Assembly: GCF_009914755.1 (NCBI RefSeq)
Contig: NC_060926.1
Direction: 5' to 3' (one strand)
Origin: the human T2T-CHM13v2.0 reference genome, Homo sapiens
Length of the DNA: 64,000 nucleotides
Part shown: piece by piece, positions 1 to 14,609 of the stretch
Position numbering within the stretch: position 1 is the first letter of the stretch
How the letters are laid out: each line of letters starts with the position of its first letter
The notes under the pieces: generated by a model
The model's database searches: none
What the model was told of the DNA's origin: nothing
The model's input: the letters and a program-made list of their open reading frames with translations, nothing else
Made by a program: the position numbers and the translations under genes

Positions 1-1256
1 GAGAGAATCTAGATGACCTTGAGTTTGGCGATAATCTTTTAGATATAACACCAAAGGCACAATCCATGAATGAAAAATTCATAAGCTATGGTTCATTAAA
101 ATTAAAAAGCTCTGCCCTGCAAAAGATGCAGTCAGGAGAATGAAAAGACAAGCCACAGACTGGGAGAAAATATTTGCAAAAGACATATCTGATAAAGTAC
201 TGTTATCCAAAATATGCAAAGAATTCTTAAAACTCAACAATAAGAAAACAAACAACCAATTAAAAAATGGGCCAAAGATCTTAACAGATATCTCACCAAA
301 GAAGGTATACAGATGGCAAATAAGCATATGAAAAGATGTTCCATATAATATATCATCAGGGAAATGCAAGTAAAAATAGCAATGAAAACACCTATTAGAA
401 TGGCCAAAATCCAGAACACTGGCAACACCAAATGCTGACAATGATGTGGAGCTACAGAAAGTCTAATCATTGCTCATATAAATGCAAACAGCTACTTTGG
501 AAAACACTTCGGTTATTACCAAACTAAGCATACTCTTACCATATGATCCAGCAGTCAGGCTCCTTGGTAATTTACTCAGAGTTTAACCTTATTCTAAGAG
601 TTGAAAACCTATGTTCACACAAAAAACTGTACACAGATGTGTATGGGAGCTTTCTTCATAATTGTCAAAACTTGGAAGCAACCTAGATGTCCTTCAGTAG
701 GTAAATGGATAAACTGTGGTGTATGCAGACAATGGAATATTATTCAACACTAAAAAGAATTGAGCTATCAATCCATGAAAAGACATAAATGCATATTACT
801 AAGTGAAAGAAATGAATCTGAAAAGGCTGCATACTGTGTTTCCAACTATATGATATTCTGGAAGAGTTTAAGGAGATGGTAAAAAGATCCGTAGTTGCTA
901 GGGGTTAGGAAAGAAGAAAGGATGAATGGGAGGAGCACAGAGGATTTTTAGGGCAGTGAAACTACTCCGTATGATATGATAATGGTAGATACATGTCACT
1001 ATACATTTGTCTAAACCAATAAAACACCAAGAGTGAACCCTAATGTAAACTATGGTCTTTGGTTGATAATGATGTGTCATGTAGGTTCATCAATTGTAAA
1101 AAAATGTACAACATTCCCCCTCTGGTAGAGAAAATTGATAATGGGGGAGGCTAAATATGTGTGGGGGCAGGAGTATATGGGAAATTTCTATACCTTTCAT
1201 TAATTTTTTGTGAATCTAAAACTGCTCTAAAAATTAAAGTCTGTTTTAAAAAGATA
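1..1256 (+). mobile_element. L1MC1/2-type LINE-1, 3' end of ORF2 plus 3'UTR, decayed
   Basis: ORF 140..331 [33 protein letters not shown] resembles the L1 ORF2 C-terminus; L1MC-type 3'UTR 'aacaccaagagtgaaccctaatgtaaactatgg...aaaactgctctaaaaattaaagtc' ends A-rich. Confidence 0.9.
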
Positions 1257-3005
1257 AAAACATGTTTGATTCTTTTAATAATAATTCAAAATGACTAATC
1301 ACTCATTAAACCTAAACATGTTTTCATTGGAAATTTAAAATTTGCCTAATGCATTATTCCACTGTGTTCACTGTTAAGGGAGAAACAGAAATATATACTA
1401 TATAGATATTTTACAGGATAATAAGTCATTCTAAGACAACATCTTTATTCTCGCCTATTCTAGCAGGTTTTGTGTGTGAGAGAGTTCAAAGCCTGAGGGA
1501 CAAAAAGAACCCATAAAATTCAGCTATTTAAAGAGAAGTCATGTGGATGAAATCCAAAGAAAGCTCTTCTTTTGCTAATATAACTAGGAATATGGGTCTC
1601 TATCTTGATATGATAGATAAGGCAAAGGAAAAGAGTCATGTCAGGAAACTGAATGAATCATTTAAGAAATATTTACCAATAATTCAATTTTGATTTTCAG
1701 TGTGGCTTCATTATTATAGACATGGTATTAAGTAGCCAACAGGAATAGGGATTTTCACACATATTTATTTAATTTATACTGAATTGCCAAAGTCTACTTT
1801 TGTCCCTTAGTCCCTCTAAAGAGAAATGTTCTTTTTTTAATCTTGCCCTGTATGTTTGAAAAACCTTAAATAAATATCTGGATTTTTTTTTTAATTACAA
1901 GATTGCAAATAGGCAAACATCACAAAGTTGCATTTCATTTAGGGTTTTGTGTAGTAAATCTTAAAGTGGCACAGGGTTTCTAGGGCTGCTGTCTAGCCTT
2001 AAAATAAATCAAATTGAAGATCACACATAAACAAATATGTTTATGCCATTTCCAGCACATTAAATTTTTCTTATTCTTGTAACAGGATCAGAAAGTAGCA
2101 TTTTCAACAAACCCTCTGATTTGTTGACTAAATTTTCTTTAGAAAATGTGAAGTTATTAGAGATCAATGTTAAATCAAGACCTAGTGGTTTTTGTTGAAA
2201 TTTTAGATACATGTCTAAACTAAATCCCAGTTAAGCTGACCTTCTTTACTAATCCTTCACTGAATTAATCTCCTTAAATTCTTGCTTCTTTTACCTGTGT
2301 AATCTCTATCCAAGGACTCTACACAATGACAAATGGCTAAAGATATGTTTTCCTGAATGAAATAGTATTTTTACCAGTGAATCTAAACGCCTGCTGTGAA
2401 ATATTATTTTAAAAATCCATGTTAATATTATATTCAAGTCACAAAGAGAGTTTAATAGCTACAACAGAGATAAGTCAAAAAAGGCAGATAAAATTCGCTT
2501 GATAAAGTATCACAAAGTTACACAAGGAAAGAGACAAAATAAAATAAATTCCCCTAATGTACCGCAAATATCAACTACCACACACTACCTACAAGCCATA
2601 TGTTTTTTCCATCTGTTCTGTTATCGTCAACTAAATTTATAGTATTTGGGCTATCAGAAGGATTGTCAAACATGAGCTGGGCATGATTTTAAAACCTAGG
2701 TGTTACTGTTAGTTGTTTTTTTCTTTTCTTTGTATTTTTTTTTTTTCAAAGAAACTACCCACTTCTATGCCCATCCCACCACTGATAATATTTTGGGGGC
2801 TTAAATTAAGATCCCACCAATATTTCTGAGGAATGTTAGTCCTCAGGAAGTTTAGGTTAGTCCTAGAGCTACAGATTACCTACTGCTTTCCATGCATCAA
2901 GTGATGGCTACTAAACAGAGAAGCCAGAATTTCTGGAGTTGTAAGTATGATTCTTCCAAAGGCACAAGTGCTGGGTTTGTGGCTTTTAATTGGTAGATTA
3001 TGGTA

Positions 3006-3605
3006 TGTGACAGGCAGAATTCTAAGATGACCCCCAATGACCGAACGCCTTACATAAGCCCCTCCCCTTGAGTGAGAGAGGAGCCCACTGATTGCTTCTA
3101 GCTGATAGAATATGGCAATGGGGTTGAATAGTCACTCCCTTGGTTAGGCTATGTTATATGACAAAGGTGATGGGTAGTCACTCCTGTGATTACATTACAT
3201 TATATAAGACTCCACTTTAGCAGCCTGGAGGAAGAGATTTCTCTGCTGGTTTTGAAAAAGTAAGTTGCCATATTGTGAGGGAAGACAATGGGTAGGCTGT
3301 GTAGCAAGAAATTGCAGGGCCTTCTGGGAGCTAAGAGAAGCTCCGAGTCAGCAAGGCAGCAGGAGCCTTAGCTCTACCACCACAAGGACCCGAATTCTGC
3401 TGACACATGAGTTGGAAGGCAGCCCCAAGCTCCTGAAAGGATCACAGTGTTGCTAACACTTTGATTGCAGCCTCTGAGACCCTGAGCCTAGGACCCAGTT
3501 AAGCTCTGCCTGGACTCCTGTCTAATGGAAACTGTGGGATAATGTGTACATCATTTAAAATGGCTAAATGGTAGGTGATTTTTAAATAGCAATAGAAAAT
3601 TAATA
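3006..3605 (+). mobile_element. MaLR solo LTR, MLT1E/F-type
   Basis: Starts TGTGACAGGCAGAATTCTAAGATGACCCC, ends GCAATAGAAAATTAATA(CA), typical MLT1 termini. Confidence 0.8.
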
Positions 3606-3962
3606 CAGATGGTCCTCAACTTACAATGGGATTACATCCCAATAAACCCAATGAAAATTGAAAATATTGTAAGTAAAAAATGCATTTAATACACCTAACC
3701 TACTGAACATCATAGCTTAGCCTACTTTAAATGTGCTCAGAACACTTTCATTAGCCTAAAGTTGGTCAAAATCATTCAACACAGCCTATTTTATAGCAAA
3801 GTTTTTAATATCTCATGTAATTGATTGAATACTGCACTATAAGTGGAAAACAATGGTTGCATGAGTACTTCAAGTATAGTTTATACTGAATGGATGTAAC
3901 TTTCACATCATTGTAAAGTCAAAAAATTCTCAATCAAGCTATCATAAGTCAGGAAACGTCTG
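3606..3962 (+). mobile_element. MER47A (TcMar-Tigger non-autonomous DNA transposon)
   Basis: TIRs CAGATGGTCCTCAACTTACAATGG / ATCATAAGTCAGGAAACGTCTG; internal 'aatgcatttaatacacctaacctactgaacatcatagcttagcct'; TA on the left flank. Confidence 0.9.
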
Positions 3963-4146
3963 CACACTGCATGTAAGAAGAATTCCAATGGCTTTTTAAA
4001 TGTAGGTGAAGCCAGGCATCTTTGAGGAGCCAGGAGTTCCAAGATTAGTCCTAATGGGAAGTCAATGAACGGGACAAAGTACATTCTTAAATTATAACAA
4101 GGAAATCCAAAAATACTGGATAGATTGTATAGATCCAATCTATCTC

Positions 4147-4504
4147 TGTGATAGCAAACATTCACTCCCTGCCCCCTATTAAACAAATTACTTTTCCCTA
4201 CCCCATTGGATACTATGTTCAGCTATATGACCTGCTTTAGCAAAGGGAATATGGGTGGAAGTTACAGTGTTCCAGCCCTTAATGGGCATGGACCCACTAA
4301 GCTTTCTGTCAGCCTTTACCTTGAGAAAAACTTGTCCCAGATATCAACTGCTCCTAGGTTCCCAAATTAGATATACGGAGCACAGCTATCCCATCTGTCT
4401 CCTTGACCCAAGCCTAAAACAGAGCCACCCCAGCGAACCTGTAATTATGAGAATAAAAACTTACCGTTGTATGCCACTGAGATTCTATGGTTGTTTGTTA
4501 CACA
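4147..4504 (+). mobile_element. Old MaLR LTR (MLT1H/I/J-type)
   Basis: 3' end 'gagaataaaaacttaccgttgtatgccactgagattctatggttgtttgttacaca' is the MLT1 terminal signature. Confidence 0.7.
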
Positions 4505-7500
4505 CATACTATTTCTTTGAATTCACAAAATACTATTTGATACAAGTTTCTTTAGAAATCCTATTGAGTTAGGATGCAATGTAAATGTAAATGTTCCAAA
4601 TACCCCAAAATACTATATAATATAAGATCAAAGACAAAAAATCAGATCCATTTTATTCTGAGCTCTAAAGGAAAGCAGAAAGTGACTATTAAACCACTCA
4701 GAGGAGTTTAGTTAAAAACTCTACTTCGCTCCTTAATAAGTCAAGTCAGGGAATTTACCATAATAATAAAGACAACATTTGACAATACATTTCTAAATCA
4801 TCATGACCTCAAAATGTTTGTGGAAAACATTTAAGCTCTAATATCAATCAGAAGTATTTGAAACATGAACAAAAATAAATTTTACTCACTTTAAATTTCA
4901 AAGGAAAGATACTACTTGAATGCACCACATGAAGAAGTTGTTAAAATTATGGCATATGTACAAAATGAAATATATTTAAGGTAAAATGCTCTGGGGTAGA
5001 TATATTTTTAATGTATCCTCAATCCAGATTCATGTATAAACTCTTTTCTCAAAACGCGCAAAAACATAAACACACATACACACTCAGAGTACTCCTAATT
5101 GGGAAAAGGAGTAAAAGCACTCTAAAATCAAAGTATGCCACTAAACTCGGGCTGCTTTCAGATTCAGGTGCAAAAATGTGCCTTGAAATACTTCCAGGAC
5201 CAACATCATCACACAATTACATGCAGTTGAATATATGAAAGATATTTACATCATAACAACATATCATACCAATAATGGATGGACTTACATTACTAAACAA
5301 ATTGGCGAACAACTTCACAACCTGAATCAAATTACCTTTTAAAATTACTAAAAAGAAGTATGATGTGTGCATATGTCTGTGCGTGAATAATGTATGTATC
5401 TCCTTTGAGTCTGTGATCCATGCCTAAAAGAATCCTAGAGGAGAAATGCATTTAACACTTGCTTTTATTACACTGAACAATGAGAAAGAAGTGAGTTAGA
5501 GAAGCTGAAGATCTGATGAGCTGTAGATAGGGAATAAATTCTATGGAATAAAAATGTCTTCCCCACATTTTCGTTTTTATCAACTGTTTTCAAAAAAATA
5601 ATTTGTAAATGTAGGAAACGTTTGTAAAATGCTAAAATAATTATAAGCTTGGAAAAAATCAACAGTTAACTTTCCCATCCTATGATAAATCACAATTTAA
5701 ACAAAAACGACTCAAAGAACTATTTTGTAAGAATAAGTGATAAAGTCTAAGAATTTTATCTTATGGTAATCTTTAGGTAATAAGGGTCTCCCCTGAACCT
5801 CTAAGGCTCTCTGAACTAACATCTGCAAAGTTAACTATAATAAATATATTAAAGAGACAGCCTAGAACCCAGTGCTGTGTTAAGTTCCCTCTTCTGAAGG
5901 ATGCTGTATCTATAACTAGTTCTGTTTCATTTGTTTACAGCATATAGATAATGTTCCAGGATATATTAATCTTCACATTTTTTTCCAATTATGGCTTCAG
6001 AGCAAAGGATATTTATTAATAGATTTTAAAATATATATATAGTGGGATTTAGCCAATGCAATGGGATAAGTAAGCTTTTGTGCCCTTACTCATTTCCTTA
6101 AAGAAAGCAATGATCTGGATATATTCAATTATTGTTTCTTAAACTGTTACATTTCTTTCCTTATAATTTTCTCAGAAAAGAATATTTCTTTACCTAACTG
6201 CAGGAGTATGATAACCTAGCACACACAAATGAATTCTGTTTTTCTAAACCTGTAACTACATTTGTTTTACATTGCATTTCTTTGATACAATACCCCCATT
6301 TTCATTTTCCTCTGAACATTCTAGAAATGACATGTGTAGTTGTATGCATATATATAATTTTATAATAGATATGCCTATGGACCTGTGTGTATGTGTGTGT
6401 GTGCGCACATGCAAGCATGTATCTTGAAAAGAATTTCTAAATCTCCCTTCTTGGTATAAACCACTGATATGCATGGTTTGGTTAAATTACCCCTGCCAGG
6501 TTTATTATCGACTCTTTTTCCCTGCTGCTAGCATGTGTAATTGTATGGTTTTAAAAACTTGAATGACTCACCATAAAGCAAGCTGAAAAAATAAGGGACA
6601 GATGTGTTTCTATGTATTTTTTGAGGGTTGCTAGGATAAGAACCCTTTCAGTTTATTTCGGAATCTCATCTCAGAGGTAGCTTTTGCCTCCCTACCGTAC
6701 CTCTCCTACCCAATTCTTACCCCTCAATCACCAGAAGGATGGAATGCACACACTATAAATGCCACCCACCAACTTGAATGAGGGAGCAAACAATAATACA
6801 ATGGCCACCCATCAGCAAGAGAAATGATTACTGCAGTCTCTTCCAGTAAGATTAAATGAAGGGGAACCTTCCTATGCACAAAAGACACAGCAAAGTGACT
6901 CCCTCCTCCTCTTCAAGAGATGATTAATAGGAGGCAGTCTAACAGATCATTTGTGGTAAGAGATCATAAACAGGACTATGAATGATGATCAGATTTCAAA
7001 ACTTTTGGTCTTTATCCTTTAACTGCATAGAAAAACCCACCCCATGGTTAACATAACCAGAAGCAGGCAGGAGCCAAAAGTTTTAATGAGAGGTCAAATT
7101 GGCAGCAAGAGAGTTGAACTTTCACAGTTTCAGGGTCAAACAACTTGTCAACACAGTCAGATTTCCTCTTTAACAGAAGCCCAATAAACTCAATGTGAGT
7201 AGAAAATATAGCATAAAAGCAGCTGCTGGCAAAATAGTGTTTTATTTTTAAATGAAAAAAATCTTAGTAATAAGCTGCTATGTAGTTTAACTCATGTCAC
7301 TATACTTCCAGAGGGAAGTAGCTGTCAGTTTGAGGGTACAGGAATTCTACCCTTATCAACTTGGGGGCCTTCTGTGCTTCTCTTACTTTCACTATTAGCC
7401 AATTAAAAAGAATTCCGTGTCCTTCATGAGTTGTATTTAGATGCTTATTTTGAAGATGATGTTAAGCTAATAGTGAATTGCTGTAAGCATGTTTTGAACA

Positions 7501-7884
7501 GAGCACTGTATTCCCCGTGTCTAAGGAGACAACAAAAGAAATGGTGAACTGGCCTCTGCCTTCAACATCACATAAGATCTCCTTGGGTATATAAAAGGCC
7601 CACAGCTGACAAACATTTAGTAGTGTGCAACATACCGTTAAATGCAGTGCAAGCCATCCAAGGTGGAACTGAGCAAAGCAGCAGTCAAAGGACACCAGCT
7701 GAACGCGTGGTAGGAGTCTACTTCTGCTCTATAAGCTTTTGAAAGGATGTGGTCTTGATTGATAGGCTGCAAGGCAAAGAGAAAGAAAGAAGAGAGTCAT
7801 TCCAGCTAGGCAGGAAGGTGTGAGCAAGAAAAAGAAATTCACAAGCAGTGTAATAATGGGTCAGCCTGCAAAAAGTATAGGCCA

Positions 7885-8060
7885 AAGACACTAGACCTGT
7901 GCTCTGTCACTCACCAGCTGAGAATCCTAGGGCAAGTTAGTTCATCTTTAGGACCATCTATTTCCTCGTTTCACACATGGGTCTACTTATCCTCCTCATG
8001 AGGCTGTTTGCTTATTAAATGAAATCATATACATAAAAAGGTGTCTCTTCAACTGTAAAA
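7885..8060 (+). mobile_element. MIR SINE fragment
   Basis: 'ctctgtcactcaccagctgagaatcctagggcaagttagttcatct...tttcctcgtttc' MIR core. Confidence 0.65.
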
Positions 8061-8597
8061 CGCTCTGCTGAAATTATAAATTACTTATGTCATAATTATG
8101 TTTTATAATAAGAGTACCAAATATACCTAATGAAAAATGAAAACAATGTAGGAATATATAAAGTAAATAGTGACAACTTCTTGTACTGCCATCCTACTCC
8201 AGCCCCAGGGTGGGAGTGATGGTAAATGGTTTACAACTTGATCTCTGTTTGTTCTGATTTTTTCCTACGCTTGTATAAGCATACATGCTACTATTATTTT
8301 ACAAAAATGGAAAACAGTGTTGCTCTGAATCTGCCTTTTTCAACTTCTAATACCTCATAATTATTTTTCTGGTCATCTTTCCTTATCCGATCCACTATAA
8401 TGGCTGTATAATACTCATTTATACAAACGTACTCTAGTTTTACCTGTACCCTACTGATAGACTATAACTATGTATCTATAATTTATACCATTCAGTCTAT
8501 GCATTAAATGCTAAAATAAGCATTTTATTTGTACAAAGGGATGTCCTAAAGACAAAGTCTTAAAAGTAGAATTGCTGGTTAAAAGATGCAATTTTGG

Positions 8598-8892
8598 GGG
8601 TGGGCGCAGTGGCTCATGCCTGTAATCCCAGCACATTGGGAGGCCGAGGTGGGCAGATTGCTTGAGCTCAGGAGTTTGAGACCAGCCTGGGCAACATGGT
8701 GAAACCTCATCTCTACAAACAAATAAACAAACAAACACAAAAATTAGCCAGGCTTGGTGTCATGCACCTCTAGTCCCAGTTACTCAGGAGGCTGAGGCAG
8801 GAGGATGTCTTGAACCTGGAAGGCAGAAGTTGCAGTGAGCCAAGATTGCGACTCTGCACTCCAGTCTGAGTGATAGAGCAAGACATTGTCTC

Positions 8893-8950
<58 letters not shown>
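8598..8950 (+). mobile_element. AluJb-type SINE with poly-A and (TA)n tail
   Basis: Full dimer with 'gattgcttgagctcaggagtttgag'; linker expanded to (CAAA)n; probable TSD TGCAATTTT on both sides. Confidence 0.92.
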
Positions 8951-8955
<5 letters not shown>

Positions 8956-9062
8956 GTGCAATTTTTAAATCAAGAGTTATTTTCATGCTTTTCTCTAAAA
9001 TGTAGAAACACTTATTATCAAAAGAGAAAAATATATGAGTGTGTCCATTTTTCCATAACATT

Positions 9063-11340
<2,278 letters not shown>

Positions 11341-11934
11341 AGCACTCTTTTTAATCTTTGGAATATATATATATAGGTAAAAATGAACGTCGATTTTAGA
11401 TTGGCACTTTAAAAGTATTAGTAAATATGAATTTTTTACATGGTTATTAATCTTTTGTAACTCTTCTCTTGGATGCCTCTACTCTTTACCTATTTTTATT
11501 TGTTTGACTTTTCATTGATTTGCAGGGGCTTTATATATATTAAAACTATCAGCTTTGTAGATCAAATATCTTTCTGTTCGTAGTCTTTCAACATTGTTCA
11601 CTGTAATTTTCCTATGTACAAACTTAAATTCTTAGGTATTTTAATTTATCAATATTTCCCTTTGCATCTGTCTTCATGCTATGCTCAGAAAAACCTTCTA
11701 TACACTTTTATAAAATATTTATATTTTTCTAGAATATTTTTATCATTACCTTCTTACATATCAAACTTGCTTCCCCGAAAATGTTTTTAACAATAATTTT
11801 ATCATAATGCTTCCAAAATAATCTATACTTAAATTAAATACTTGATTTGAGAATAATTCATATCTACATTTGAGTAAGACAGTGATTTTTTATTCGTTAA
11901 ATACAGAGAAAAATGACTAAAATGTAATGTGCAC

Positions 11935-12130
11935 TTTAAATATGCCAGGATTTTTCTAGGCTCTTTACATTCTTTGCTTTGGATCTCACAACTCCTCTAT
12001 GAGTTATGGCCTCCCCATTTTATGAAGAAAACTGAGGCTTAAAGCAGTAAGTAATTAGCCTGAGCTGACAGTTGGGATTCAAACTCAGTCATGTCTCATT
12101 CCCAAACCAGTGGGAATTAATTCCACTACA
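11935..12130 (-). mobile_element. MIR SINE
   Basis: 'ccccattttatgaagaaaactgaggcttaaagcagtaagtaattagcc...gggattcaaactcag'. Confidence 0.75.
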
Positions 12131-12744
12131 CTCCTTGGCTCTCCATCTTGACATGTAAAAGGCACTGTGAACAGAACAAAGAGTTACAAAACTTAGTCGC
12201 TGCCTTCCAAGAGTAATTAATATGTTACATTTTCATGGTGATTTACGATTTTCAAAGGTGGTATTCAGCAACCATTTATTGACCACCTTCTACCTCTCAG
12301 GTACTGTAACTACACAGGGTAAAGTATAATAAGTCAGTGTCCCTTTGTGAGCTATACTATGTATGTTTACATCCTCATTTCTTATAACAGGGATACAAAA
12401 CAGAGGCTACGTGTATGTAGTTCAGTTTCCTACATTACCACAAATAATCTTTTTAAGAAAAAGCCAATTGAGATCTTAATATCACCCACTTGTCTGCAAC
12501 ACAGTGACATTTTTTAAGGTGATCTTTCTTTTGGAATTATTTTGTTAAGCTTTAATATGTTATATCTTCGTTTAGTTTGTTTCTTCATGCATAGAAAATT
12601 CTAACATATTGATAACATTCTTCATTTTCATTCCTATAAATATAAACATTCAATGAAATCATAGATACATATGAAATCTGCTCACAAACAAAACAATCAC
12701 TTGTACTTTTTTATTTGCCTATTCAGTGTGGTTTGGATAGTTGA

Positions 12745-13010
12745 TATTTTTAACAGTTTTATTGAGATATTCACATTCCGTACAATCACCTGCTTAAAAT
12801 GCACAATTCAGTGGCATTTAGTATATTCACAGAGTTTTACAAGCAGCACCACAATCAATTTTAGAACATTTTTATCACCCCTCAAAAAAAGAAACACTGT
12901 ACTCCTTAGCTGTACTCTCTCAGCCCAAGACAATCATTAATCTGTTTTCTATCTCTATAGTTTTCCCTATTCTAGATATATCTATTAAATGAAAGCATAT
13001 AATATGTGGA
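12745..13010 (-). mobile_element. L1MB-type 3' end fragment
   Basis: 'ttttaacagttttattgagatattcaca...aattcagtggcatttagtatattcacagagtt...atcaattttagaacatttt'. Confidence 0.85.
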
Positions 13011-13699
13011 ATGATTTATATTTTAGAAGTAGAAATATTTAACTCACTTGGAGCCTGATTTTTTTTAAAAATCACTGGTAAATTAGTATATATAGCAGAT
13101 TAATATCATAGACTTTGTTTTTACACCTCGTTGACTCATTAAATATCAGAGAATCATCCTGAATGCTTACAGGAAGCACATCTCACTTGCTGGCAAGTAT
13201 TAATCTGCCTGCCCCTAGTTTCTTTGTTGCCTCATGCTCCATGTATCCACATTTCAATTTCTTTCAATTCTAAGCAAAATCTCTGTTTACATAAATATTC
13301 TAACAAGCTTTTTCCTTCCCTTAAGCGAAATACCATATTTGTTCTCATTTTCTTCCATTCCACTGTTTCCTCTACCACCCACTCCCACAGGACCTTAATT
13401 TTGGGGGAATTTTGAGGAATTTATGTGAGACTGTCTTTCCCACATAAATTCCCCCCTTTAAATCTTGGTTGTCAGTAGCAGCAGGAGATGCTGTCAAGGT
13501 ACCAGAAGAGCAGCTGAAAGCTGTGAACAACCCTGTTTCTTGAAAGCAAGAGTGCTCAAGCTCTGTTAATACTTCCTCAATTGCTCTTCCCCAGACATCA
13601 AAGCATCCTTAAGAAGCAAGTTCTCATCCAGATGCAGTCACATGGCTTTAGAATGCTTTGACTGCACCCTCTCAGCAAAAGTAATCCCTGTCCACTTTT

Positions 13700-14485
13700 T
13701 TTAGTAAGGTAAAATGTACAAATGTACAATTCAATGAGATATGAAAGCAATGTAAAATCCCATGTGACCACAATCAAGTTATAGATGGTTTCCTTCACCC
13801 CAGAAAGAGCTACCAGCTCATACTCTGTCACCCAACCCTCCTGTGCAGGTACTCGCTATTCTGATTTCTACTATCACAGATTTGTTTTGCCTGTTCTTGA
13901 GCTTATTGAATGGTATAATATAGACTCTTGTGTTTGGCTTCTTTCAGCCAACGTAATGCTTTTGAAATTCATCCATGTTGTGTAAATCAGAAGCTCATTC
14001 CTTTTTTATTGCTAAGTAGTATTTCATTGCATGAAATGCCTGTATGAAATATTTTATACATTGTATGGAATATATAGAAAGTTGCCTACCCATTCTTCAT
14101 TTGATGGACATTTGGGGTTTTTCTATTTTAGAGCTATAATGAATACAGCTGCTGTGAACAGTCTTGTTCAAGTCCTTATGTGGACATATGTATTCATTTC
14201 TCTTGGGTAAATTCCTAGAACGGCTAGTCTATTGTTTACCCTTATTTAAAAACTGCTGTTTTTTTTTGTTTTTTTTTCTGAAGTGGCTGTACAATTTTAA
14301 GTCCTATCAGCAATATATGGGAGTGCCAGTTTTTCAACATTCTAAGTAACATTTGGAGAATTCAATTTTTAAAAAAATTTTAGTTATTCTACTAGATATG
14401 AAATGGTATGTCATTGTGGTTTTAATTTGCGTTCCTCTGACTAATGATATTGGACACCTCACTTAATTTGTACATCTTGTTTTGC
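13700..14485 (-). mobile_element. L1M (MB/ME-type) 3' fragment
   Basis: 'gtttggcttctttcagccaacgtaatgcttttgaaattcatccatgttg...ttgatggacatttggg...aatggtatgtcattgtggttttaatttgc'. Confidence 0.85.
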
Positions 14486-14600
14486 AATGAGTCTACCTCT
14501 GAAAATCCAGAGCCACAGAAAATATTTTTTTTCTCTCCACTAAAGTAATTTTGATTTTTTTCTCTTTTAATTTTGTGAATAGTAATTAAGCTATAATATG
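14486..14600 (+). repeat. Extra upstream copy of the cTAGE C-terminus/3'UTR module
   Basis: aatgagtctacctctgaaaatccagagccacag (NESTSENPEPQ) aligns with agtgagtctccttctagaaatccagagccacag at 16114; both are followed by '...ctctc..taa.gtaattttga'. Confidence 0.8.
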
Positions 14601-14609
14601 AAGTAGGAC

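Noticed and set aside
6975-7140. ATGATGA C-box-like motif and nuclear-receptor half-sites
   Set aside because: No matching D box or terminal stem for a snoRNA; half-sites are not in a clean DR/IR spacing.
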